NCBI GenBank assembly: GCA_001724265.1
Contig: MEDY01000010.1
Location: forward strand, 1-64,000
Origin: Rhizaria sp. SCN 62-66
Taxonomy: Eukaryota
DNA: 64,000 bases
Direction: 5' to 3'
Shown here: one piece after another, positions 35,830-47,800 of the stretch
Layout: each line of letters opens with the position of its first letter
How positions within the stretch are numbered: position 1 is the first letter of the stretch
The notes under the pieces: model-generated
The model's input: the letters and a program-made list of their open reading frames with translations, nothing else
Told to the model about the DNA's origin: nothing
Databases searched by the model: none
Translations under genes and position numbers: made by a program

Positions 35830-38800
35830 ATGGCGTCACTTCTGAAGAACAAACTTCTGTCAATCGGTACGCCCCCTATCATATCTTGATTTCCCTGCTC
35901 CGCACTGCACGCACGCTCGCACCTGCCTCACGTATCCCCTCCACGCACTCCCTCGCACCCGCAGTCGGCGGCGGTGCCGGCCGCAAGCAGCGCGCCGTCG
36001 CCGTTGAAGCTCCGGTCCAGACTGTCGCTTTTGACACTTCGAGCAAGGGCGAGTTGGACGCGATTCAGAACATCTTCCTCGACCACGTAGACACGATCGC
36101 GCTCCCCCTCGCGCCCGCGGTCCTCGCCGCCTCCGCGCTCCCGCTCTCTTCCGCGGCCGCCGCGGTCATTGCCGCGTCCACATCGGCGACAGACCCGTCC
36201 CGTGTTCCGCTGCCGCGCTTCCCGCTGCTGCCCGCCGCACTGGCCGCCGCTGACCAGCTCTGCGCGGACCTCTGCCCGGCCGACCTCGTGCGCTCGCCCA
36301 CCAGCGCGCTCGCCAATATAACCACCGCAACGCTTGACGCAGCCGCTAATAGCACTCTCGCTAGCACACTCGCATCCGTTGCGCACTCTAGCGCCGGCCA
36401 CGCCACCAGCAGCGCGGCTGCAAGCGAGAACCGCGTCTGGAAGCACGTGTTCGGCGCAGACTCGACCCCCACCGCCTCGGGCAACCCCGCCTCGCCGACG
36501 GTCGCCCACTCCGCGCGCGCCGCTGCGGCGCTCCTGTTTCCTGACGTGGAGCACGCCGACGGCAAGAGCGCCGCGGAGCCGTTACCGCGCGCATTGCTGA
36601 ATGCGGCCTCGTTCGTGCGCCCCGCCGCCGCCGTGCCCGCCGCTGCCGCGGCCGCGCCCGCCGCGTGGCTGGCAGCACTGCCCACGCCGCTCACGCTGCG
36701 CGCCGCGCTGCGCCGGGCGCTGCTGCGGCGCATCGACGTCAAGGACGCGCTATGCGACGCCGAGGGCAACAAGGCACGCGGGACGGCGCCGGCTGACAAC
36801 GGCGGTGCGCAGGACGCGTTCGTGTCCGCGACCGTGTTGACGCGGGCGACGAAGACGAGCAGCTCTACAGCAGCTGCGAACGCCGCGGATAACAGCAATG
36901 CCAGTTCTACCAGTGCTAATGTGACAGCAACGACCGAGGCGGATGTTATCTACATCCTCCCTCCTTCTATCGTCGCTGCAACCTCAAGCGCTAGCAGTAG
37001 AGGCAGTGGCCAACAGTCGCCCACCTCCGACAGCAACAACAGCAAGGCGCCTGTGTCGAGCTCTGGTGACTCTAAGCGTGGTGCGGCGAAGCTCCGCAGC
37101 AAGGGTACTTACCCTGGCACTTACCTGATCCTTACCGGCAGTCACACCGACCTTCCTTTCGGCCGCTCTAGCAACAGCAACAGTAACAACAGCAGCAGCA
37201 GCAGCAGCAGCAATACCGCAGCTGCTCAAAGTCAGTTTGATCCGCTGGCGCTGCCGAGTGCTGCGTTTGAGGCGCACTGCAATCTCCTAGCGCTGTTGTT
37301 GCGTGAGCTTTTGGCGCACCTGCACGCCTGCGTCGCCTCCGCCCCCAGCCTCCCCAGCAACAGCAGTGCAAACAGCCACTCCAACAGCGGCGCCACTGGT
37401 TCGGGCTCGAGCGCCACCGCAGCCACGGTGAACGAGGGCTCTCTGCTCAGCACGCCGCAAGCGCTTGTCTGCGGCGAGCTCGCGCAGTTCGCGCTGTCCC
37501 CGCTGGCGTGGTCACCCCGGGCGCTGCTGCAGCGCGCAGCTTACCTGGCCGCGCTCGTCCGTTTCTACAGTCAACTGCGGTACAACTGGGCGGTTATCAA
37601 CGCCGACGCCGCGGCCACGGTCACCTCTGCGGCGGCCGCAGTGACGGCGTCCACCTCTGTCGTCGTCGCCCCCGCCGCTGTCACCGCCAGCAGTGCTGCC
37701 GGGAGCAAGGGAGACGCTGCCGCCGCTGCCGCCGCCGCTGCTGCGAACGCGAACGATAGCTACGCGGACGGCCTACTGGCGCCCGGTCCTGGCCACCCGC
37801 CGCGGCTGCGCTTCATCGCTCTGCTGCAGGCGAGCACGCTGCTGTTGCGCTTTGCTGCCACCCGGCTGACGCGCGCCGCCGCCGCGCAGTCGCTGCGCCG
37901 CTCGCTGCTCGCCACGGTTGTCTCCGCGCGCGCCGCGGTCACGGCCGCGGTCGGCGCGAGCGTGTACGTGGCTGGGACCGCGCCGCTGCCGGTGACCGCT
38001 CCCAGGGACCAGGACCTGCCCGCGCTGCGCGGCGACTGTGAGCACGCCGAGGAAAGCGCTCATAGTGGCGACAACGCTGTGCCGGCGTCGGCGACTGCGA
38101 CCGTGGGCAGTGAGCAACAAGAGACGTGGGCGAGTGTGTGCTACTCCGTGAATAGTGCTGGCGAGGGCGGTGAGTCTGCGGGCTTACAGACATCGACTGT
38201 AACTGCGACGTCGCTCGCTCTGTCGACGCCGGCGCTGCGTGCGCTGTTCCCGACAACCGCGACGCACACGAACGCCCAGACCGGCGCACTCGCGCACTCG
38301 AGTGCGAGTGAACTGAGTGGCGTTGATCTTGTTGACGCGGTGTTCCCGTCTGTCATCACGCCCGTGACCGCCACCGGCACCGTTCCGCTGGTGTTCCCCA
38401 CGATCCCCACATCAAGCAGCACAATGGCAACCGGCGCAACTGCGAAGATTGCGCCCGCTGTGGCACTGCCTCAGTGGGTGTCTTCATCCCTCGCTGTTTT
38501 ATTCTCGTTCGCGCCATCTGCGCCTCTCGCATCAGCCGCTGCGTTCTCCTCAGCAGCCTCTGCCGCGGCGCACGATAACTCAAGCGGCAACAACGACCTT
38601 CCGTTCCTGCTCGCCGGCGACCCTGCGGCGCGCGCCTTGCTCGGTCAGCTCTCCGCTCTCACGGCCGCGCTCGGCGAGGCCGCGCTCACGGCGTTGCACG
38701 CGGCGACTCTGTCGTACACGCAGAGCGACTGCGAGCAGCATCAAATCGCGGACGCGCTGCGGATGCACGCTGCCGGCAGTGGCCGTGATGCTATGGCGAG

Positions 38801-41800
38801 CGCTGTCGCCGCCGCAGCTGGGTTCGAGAGCCCCTGGGCTCCGTGGGACACCGCTGTTCACGGTTATGCATCGTCCAAGGCTAAGGGACAGCTGTCAAAG
38901 GACAACGTTGCCTCTGCTTGCGGTGTTGACCAGGATGACAACGCGTACTCGCAGTACCTGAACACAATATTTCCTACGCACTCAAAGAAGCACGGCGATA
39001 GCAGTGAAGAGGAGAAGTCCTCTGCATCCGGCTCGATTGCGACGCAGCTGCTGGGTCTCTCTGGTGATGACGCTCCGTTGATCTCACTTCTTGCGTTGCT
39101 CCACCGAGCCACGCTGACGCCAGAGCGCTCTGTCGACTCTGCTCTGAGGACTGCACTTCACGGCGCCACTCGCAACACTGGCCAGAGCAACGACGTCGGC
39201 AACAAGAGTACCGAGCCCGCGGCGACCGCCAATGCAGAGACGGCAGAAGTCTCTCTGCTGCGCCTTGGCGCTCTGTTGCGCTCTGTTCCCGCCCGCGGTG
39301 GCACATACGCCCAGGACTATCTGCACCTGCTCACGCAAGGCGAGCGCGACTTCTACGGCGTCTCCGTCGCTGTCAGCGCGAAACCTGCCGCGGCACCCGC
39401 GGATTGTGCTGCTGCAGCCGGGACTGCTGGCGCAGCGAGCGCTGGTACGAGCGACAGCGGGCCCGTGTCTATCAGTGGCGGCGCGCGCCGTAAGCGCGGC
39501 GGCAACATTGTCGTTCCGACTGACGCCAGTAGCGGCGCGCCCGTGACTGCCACTGTTAACGCGGACGAAATCAACACGAACGCAGCGTCCTCGGTCGGAC
39601 GTCGCTCCTTCGTTGGCTCACTTGTCGGTGCGGTCAGCTCAATCACCCACCTGGGCTCCGCCCTCAGCGGCAACGCTGCGGCGCCTGCCGCCGCCACGGC
39701 GGCTGTGGGCAGCGGCGCCGCTAGCTACTCTGCGGAGGAGATGAAGCGCGAGCTGCTGAGTCAGCAGGGCGCGTGGTACACCCCGATCGACTGGAACGCC
39801 CCCTACACCGCGTCGCTCACCAGTGGCACCTTCGCCGAGGCCAATGCCGCGCCGGGCACGTCGCTGCCACTGGGCACCAACACGGCCACGCTCTCGCACT
39901 TCCTGCTCCCGCGCCTGTCGCCGCGCCAGCTCGCCGCCGCGCGCGCCGCCGCTGACGCCACCGCGGCGCTTGCCGCCGCGACTGCCGCCTGCGCGCGCGC
40001 GCTGCTGGCCCGCGCCCACGCGCACCGCGTCGCATACGCGTTGCGCGGCGGCCTCGCGTCCTGCGCCGGCACGCTCGGCCCCGCCGCGCTGCTCACGCTG
40101 CCCCCACTGTCGGTGCTCTTCCCCGTCGGTGGCGCCGCCGCCGCGCCGCCGATGCAGTCTGGCCTCGTCGCCACTGCGCTGCAGGCTGCGGCCGAGGCGG
40201 CGGCGCGCGTGTCGCTGGCGACGCTGCAACGCGGCGTCCGCGAGCGCCGTGCACGCGCGCTGGCCATCCAGGCCGCGGCCAACGCGAACGCCTCTGTCGC
40301 GGCATCCTCGCAGCAACGCTTTGGCCGCAACAGCATTGCCACCGAGTCTGGCGCCCGGAGCCGTGGCGCGCGCACGTCCGTCGCCCTCGTCGACAAACGA
40401 CGTGGCTCTGCGCTGAACTCCGCCTCAAGCTTTGTCCTTAACAGTTTGACGACCGCGGCCAGCGCGCGCGTGGCTGGCTTTGATAGCGATGAGGTGTTGC
40501 TGCGGCTGCTCGACATGCTCGACGCGGACGGTGCATTCAGCCCTCTATCTCCCTCAAGTCCTGAGGACTTTAGTTCCTTCAACTACAGCTACAATAGCAG
40601 TGGTAAGAACGATGGCAATGGCTCTCGTGTTGCTCAGTGGAGGCAGGACGTTTCTGCAGCGCGTGATGCAGCGCCCGCGCTTGGTTCTCTTTGCACCAGT
40701 GACACCTCTGTCGCCAACGTGCAGAAGCAGCGCTCTGCCGCGCTTGCATGGCTGCTGACTGGCGTCCCCCTCTCCAAGCCCTCCGGTATTTGTGAAGACA
40801 CGGGCATCAGCGGCGCCCCTGGTGACGCTGCTGCGTTGCTTTGGCGCGACTATGATAGCAACGCTGTGGCTGCAGCCTCGGACGCGAGCAAGCAAAACAC
40901 TACCTCGGTGTTTCCTTTCGCTGACCAAATCGCGCTCACAGTCACCTCGATGGCCTCCGCGGGCGACGCCGCCGCGCAAAGCGCCGCCGACGCGCTGTCG
41001 CTCCCGACTGGCGCCTCCGTGCTCGCGAGCAACGCGGGCAACAACACCGGCGCGCGGAGCGAGAGCTCCCAGGCGCTGCAGATGATGTCGGCGCCACTCT
41101 GGTCTGTGGACGCAGGGAAGCACTTTGCCGAGACTGGCACGGTCTTCTCGTCGATGCAGCTGCAGGACATGATTAGGCCCGCCGCGCTTGCGCAGGCCCT
41201 GCTCACGGTCACCGGCCAGACGGTCATCGGCGCAGCCACCGCTGCTCTTTCGCCCGCTGAGAGCGCTGCTACGAACATCACCGCGAACACTGGTGACAGC
41301 ATTCTGGGTGGTGTAGACGCTGACGTCGCCGCCGCGGCCGAGCTGCGCCGCTGGGGTCTTGACGTGGGCGTCATGTCGCTGCACTCCGCCCTCGCCGCTG
41401 CCCCGCTGCCACCCGCCCTCACGCTCTCGCGCCGCGGCCGCCCCGGCGCTAGCGCTAGTCTCGCGCTCAGCGGCCGCGACTGGGGCCTTGTCCGCTCTGC
41501 CGACTGTGCTCCGCTCGCTCCTGTCGCGCTTGCCGCGGCCGACGACGCGCTGCGCGCAGCTGTGCCAACGCTCGCCACTGCCACCGCGGCGAACACCGGC
41601 GCGAAGGGAGCGCACCTCGCCCCGCGCCCGCAGTCTGCGTTCTCGGCAGCAGAGTCTGCGTTCGCAGCGCTGAGTCAGGACAACATTGTTGACTCTGCCG
41701 CCACGACGTCGCCGTTTGCGCTGCCATTTCACCTCTTTGCCGCTCTTGTTACGCCCTGGGGCTCCGACGCCTGTGTCGCCACGCTCGCCGCGATTGCCGC

Positions 41801-44800
41801 TGCGGACGCCGACGCCGCGGGCGCTGCGGGCCCCCGCGCCGCGCTGCCACCGCTGAGCGCCGTCCCCGGCGCCGGCAGGCACACCACGAGCATCTTCGCT
41901 GCCCCTGTCACTCCCACGGGTGCCGCATCTAATAGTGCGTCTTCTCTTACGACTGGATCTGCGACGCATGCTGTTGTTTCTGCCGCTCCGGCGCTGTCGT
42001 ACCTTGCCTCCGCGGCCGCTGTTGCCGCGTGGGGTCAGAACGTCATCGTGGCGACCTCCGCGTGCGCTCGCCTTGAGTCTGCTGCAACGGCTGCGCGGGG
42101 CTCCGCTGCCGCCGCGTGTGCGGCTGTTGATGCGCTGCTCCAGTCATACGTTGCGCTCGACGCCACGCGTGTGTCCCCCGGCTTGTTCAGCGAGCCGATG
42201 AATGTGATCATGGCTGCGATGAATGCCATCACTGGAAGCGCGACTGCGGGCAATGCCAGCGAGAAGCTACCCTCGCTGGCGACACCGGACGGCCTGTACG
42301 CCCGCGCTAGTGTGTGGGACACGCGCACCGCGACTGCAGTCGACCTGTCGCGCTCGCGCTGCCGCGCAACCGCTGCCGCGGCTGTCAAAAGCGCAACCGT
42401 GAGCAAGAAGGCCTCTAAGAAGCCCAAGCTTCTGAAGTCTCTTTTCAACAAGCTCTCGCGCTCTGTGAAGCGCTCCGCGGAGCCAAACTCGGTTGCCTCA
42501 CCTGAGTCTGCATCTGCTACAGCAGCTGGTAGTGACTCTGCTGTCATTGTTGTCTCACGCGCGCGCTCCCGCACCGTTGCGCGTCCCGCGGCCGCCGCCG
42601 TGGCGGTACCATCTGCGACTACCGGACTGCCCCCGCTGGCGGCGCTCGCTGCAGCTGTCGCGAAGACACTCTCGCTCGCCAACCCGCTTGGTCTTGTGAC
42701 GCTCACTGGTGGCGCTCCGTCCCGCGCTATTCTGAGCACTGACGGCAGCGTCAGCACTGCTCGCGGCTACGGTCGCGCGGCGGCCAACGCAGGTCCTGCC
42801 GTGTACGCAACATCGATCACCGCTCTCGCCGCCGGTGTGACGGTCTTCAACGCGGCACTGCTCTCGGCGACGTGCCAGACCATCTCCCCTCTTATCATCC
42901 TGCCCCCGTCTCCGTCGCTGTTGCTGCAGTCATTGCCGGGCTCCACATCGATCGCTGTGACCGCGACTGTCGCGCCTGCGCTGGCCCCGGTCTCGACCCG
43001 CCTGCTCCTGCGCGGCACGCTCGCAGTGCGCACTCGCCGCGGCCGCGCCGCGCTCGCCGCTGCTGCGGCCGCGCAGGAGGCTGCGTACTTCGCGGCCCGC
43101 GGAGCCACCGTGCTCACGGTCACGCCTTTTGCAGCGGCAGCTATTGCCGCTGCAGCGGCGGCTTCTGCCGCTGCTGCAGCCGCGGCTGCTGGCGAGGGCA
43201 GTGAGGCGACCGAAAGCTTCGCTGAGGCGGGAGTCGTCGGCAGCGCAACCGAGATTGCCACGAGTCCTGCCACAGCTGCCGCGAAGTCCGCTGGGGCTGA
43301 GTCTGCTGCAGTCGCCGCGATCGCCGCTCCCGAGGTCACGGCTGCGGGTGCGCTGATCGAACTAGCGGGCCTCGGTGACTTGTCCGACTTCTCTTCTGAT
43401 TCGGACAGCGAGACTGAGAGCGTGAGCGATGACGATGCCAAGAAGAACAATTCAGACTCTGATTCCGACAGCGGTAGTGACAGCAATCGCGCCTCGAACC
43501 CATTTGCGAAGAGCAAGAGTACTGTGAACGTGTTCGCCAAGAACAAGACCACGGCTGCTCCCCCTGCGCAAACCGTTGTTTTGCCGCCTCAACAGAACGC
43601 GCCCATTGTTCTTCGCGGCCGCAAGTCTGTCGCGTTTGCCAAGCCTCCTGTTGAGGCTGCTGCGGCCGGAGCTGCGGCAACACTCGAGGTCATCAATGAG
43701 TCGGAGCCTGCTGGCACAGAGAGCAACAAGAACAGCGAGACCGTTGCCGATGTTGCTGTGACCGCAGAGACCTTGCTCGGCCTGACCGAGGCCTCTGCGG
43801 ATAGCGGCGTCAGTGGGACCAACCCGTTCGACGATGACACCGCAGCGACGGTGGTTGGGTCTGCGGACAACGCGCCGACGGAAGTCACTGACGCGGACGC
43901 TGCGTCGGCCTCGTCGTGGCTTCACAAGCTCATCTTGGCTCTTAAGGCCGGTGACAACGCTCCCGCAAGCACTAGCTTGAACGCCAACAACAGCTCATCA
44001 GCCTCCACGGCTGCGCTTGGTGGCAACGGCGGAGACGATAACGCTGACGACGACACTGGCAACAACGTGTGGGGCCGTAGCTCTCGTGCGGGTCTGTCGC
44101 CGATCACGATGCGCAAGCGCGGTGCCGGGCGCCGTCAGAACCGTTCCGAGTCGACTGCCAACGCTGAAGACGACGCTGCTGAGAACGCCGCCGCCGACTC
44201 TAATGCTGCCGCCAAGGCTGTCAGCAACGAGTCGCGTGACCTGTCTCTGTCGGAGTCGCTGGCGTGGCTCGCATCCTCCCCGCTGTTCTCGCCCGAGTCT
44301 GTTGCCGCGCGCGTGGCCGGCGCGGACGCCGGAGCTGCCCGGTACGACTTCGCGCACTATGCAGGCTGGCTTGCCGAGCTCGACACCGCGGGCCCCACTG
44401 CGGCCCCCGCGCCGTCTCCGCTCGACGCCACGCTTGACACGACTGTCCATGGCAGTGCACATGCTGTCGCTAATGCTGGCGACGCATCTGAAAGTGCAAC
44501 TGCAGTTGACATGACTGAGGTTGCCGCCGTTGTCGCGGCGCGGGCCAGGCCGGTGCTGCTTGAGCTCAAGGAGCTTGACTGCGCAGCCGCTGGTCTTGTC
44601 GCCGCGCTTTCGCAGACGCACGCGCGCGCGCAATTGCGTGTTGCCGCGAGCTCTAAGAGCGCGGCGTTCGATGACAGCGAGTTCTTAGTCAACAGTGCGA
44701 TGCTGCGCGCGATTGGCGCTGTGCCTCATCACGGTGTTGTCTCTGCTGCTCGGTACTACCGCTCGAGCGCCGATGGTGCTGCCGTCGAGCCGTTCGACTG

Positions 44801-47800
44801 CGGTGACGCCGGCCGTGGCGAGGCAAGCATGAGTCTGGATTCGATCATTGACCAAGTCGCTGCCAGCACCGGACTGTACTCGTTGCCGCACGCCGCCAAG
44901 GACGCTGTTACAACTGCGACCACTAAGACAACGACGACAACCGTCACCACGATGACCATGACGACAACGACTACAACAACAACAGCACCTGCCGTTGCCG
45001 CTGTCAGTGCGACTGCTACAGCTGTCTCCGTCGTGGCTCAGTCGCAACAGCTGCTCCGTCAGCAGCCGCACGATCCGTTCCCGCGCTTACGCCGCCTCGT
45101 TGCCTCTTCTCGCCGCGCTGCCGCCGCCTCGCTGCTGCAGGCCGCGAAGCTTCTCGCCTCCCCCGCGACTGCCGGTTCTCTCTACAACCCCGCTCTCGCG
45201 CGCGCCCTGCTGCTGCGCGCCGTCGACGTCGCGCCTCTCGCCGAGTCAGACGCGCTCGCGCTCCTAGCGCTCCTGCTGCGCTGGGACCAGCACACTGCGG
45301 CGAACAGCGCCTGTGCGACTGCGACCCCCGAGTTTGTTGCTGATGCTGATCGGAATACCCTTGATGTTAGTGCTTGGGTGTCAACAGATGACGCAGCGCA
45401 CCCGCTGCCTTTGCCGTCCGAGCCCGACGCCGCATCGACTGCGAGCGCGCCGCCCGCAATGCTGCCGTTGCCGCCCGCCGCCCCGCTTACCCCTGGTGCC
45501 GTGTTGCCGCCGGCGCTGCTCTTTGTACCAGCATCCGCGACGCACGCCTCCACTGCGGGCCTCTACCGCGGCCTCAGCCTGCATGGCGCTGCGAACACCA
45601 ACAAAAACTGCAACGCGAGTGCCTCGCTTGCCGCGCTGTTCCCCGCGCCGTCGTCTCTCGTTAACAACGCATTTGCTCGCCTCACGCACCTCAACCTGAC
45701 CGGCAGTGGCCTGAGCTACTATTCGGGCGCTGCGCCCCCGCTGGCCGCCGCGTCTCTGTTTGCGGTTGCGTCGACGACGGGACCCTACGCCGCTCTGCCA
45801 CCGCCGGGCTCCGCGTTCGCCGCGCTACTGCAAACGCTGCGCGCAGCTGCAGGCGCTGTGCGCAGCGTCGTGTTGGACAAGAACCCTGGCATGGGCGAGG
45901 AGGGCGCGATCGCGGTCACTGAGCTTATTGCGCCGTACTCGTTCGTCACGTTTGTGCGCGCTCTCAAGGCGCATAGTCTGATCGCAAAGTTCGAGAACAA
46001 CGCTGCAAACGCGCTGACGTGCACTCACGCCAACTCGAATGACACGGACGACAAGAAGAAGAAGAAGTGGAGCAAGTCCTCTGAGGAAGACACTACAGTG
46101 CGTTTCTCCCCGCCTCCCGCATCGCCCCTCACGCTCGGCGGCCTGACTTCTCTCTCAATGCGCGACTGCTCCGTCGGTCCCATCGCGAGTCTCTATCTGG
46201 CCTTCGCGCTGGCCTCGCCCGACGGCCCGGTGTTGTCCCTGCTGAACCTCGGCGACAACCCGCTCGGAGAGACGCCTGCGCTGGCCATCGCCGCCGCCCT
46301 GCGCATCCGCGCGTCTGCGGCCGAGCTCACTGCCGCTGCAGCTATCTCAGAGGTACCTCACACTGCGACGTCGGTGAATACCGCGCACGATGAACTAAAG
46401 CCTGCTGTAACCGCAGGAGCCTTCTTCTCGAACTTCTCCGTGTTGTCTTCCGACTGCGCGCGCATGGCTAAGCACAACGCTGCTGTCACTGATGGCGTCG
46501 AGCGCCGCCGTCGCGCCGCGTATGAGGCCTTCTCGACTGCAACTGCCGACTCAGAAACCACTGGCGCCGATGTGGCGAGTGCGCCCACCACTGAGATTGA
46601 CGCAAGTGCCAGTGCCAGTGCCCTTGACGCATACATGGCGATGCTTAATGTTGACGACAACGCAGCCAGCAGCAATGCGAACGAGAACAATGAGGAGTCG
46701 ATTGAGGATGCTGTGACCCACAAGAACGCGCATGACGACGTGGCTAACCACGCGGTTGTTGCTGAGCCCACCGTCACGTTCGACGGCACGCCGTCGCTGC
46801 TGCCCTTGCTCGCCCCCGCGCCGCTGCCGCGCCCGACCGCGCTGCCCGCCGCCGCAGTGCTGCCGACGCACGTCTCCCTCGACGTCACCGGTGCCGGCGA
46901 CGGCGCCGCGGCCGCGTGGACCGCGCTGTTGCTGTCACTGCAGCTGCCTACGGTCGCCGGCACGCGCCCGCCGCCCGCCCCCACGGTGTTCCTCGGGGTG
47001 AGGGCGCTGGAGGGCCACGAGGACCGGTGGCGCGAGCAGCGGGCGGCTCGCAGTGAGTACCTCGCTCACGTGGCTGAAAAGAGTGCGGCCCAGTCTCGTG
47101 AGAACGCGTCTAAGGCGGCCCCCGAGATTGTGCACGAAGCCGCTGATGCCGTTAGCGACGCCACGTTGACTGCTCCTGTTGCTTCGAGTGCCGAGACCGC
47201 TGCTGAAGATACAGTTGTCCGCAAGTCCCCCACGCTGGCACCTGCCCTGCCCCGTGCCGCGCCGCCGCGCCTGCTGCCTTCGTCGCCCCCTCCCAAGCTC
47301 TCTGCCACAAGTACGGCGTCATCAGCTGGGGTTGATGCTCCAGCGAAGCCTCCGAGCGGCGCTGCGTCTCCCTTAGTTGCCGCGCTGCCTACAATCACCC
47401 TGTGGTTCCGTCGTCGTCCGCTGTCACTGCAGACGCGGCTCGACTTCTTGCACCCGCTGCTCACTCTGCCTGCGGCTGTGACCCGCTGCGACAAGGGTCA
47501 GAGTGGCAACGGTGACTGTGAGCAGTGCACTGAGGCGCGGAGTAAGAAGCAGCACTCTGGTGACTCGCAGCACTCCGTGTTGACGGTGCTGCTTCGCGGC
47601 AACGGCGTCGCGCCTACCCCTCTCGCGCTTGCACTCACGGAGGCACTGGATCAAGCCACGCACGAGCCCGAGTCGCATGTGGCTGACGCTGCGAAGAACT
47701 CTGCATCAGCAAGCGTCGAGAACGACGAGTTTGGTTGTGTTGTCTACCGCGCGCTGCCTGCGCCGCCTCGCGTCACCGAGCGCCGCCGTCCGACGCCGCT

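Noticed and set aside
35451-35964. Listed start of the 9212-aa ORF at 35451
   Set aside because: It begins at a non-ATG codon abutting the Pcf11 start and crosses promoter-like and intron-like sequence. A spliced ATG exon at 35830-35866 fits better.
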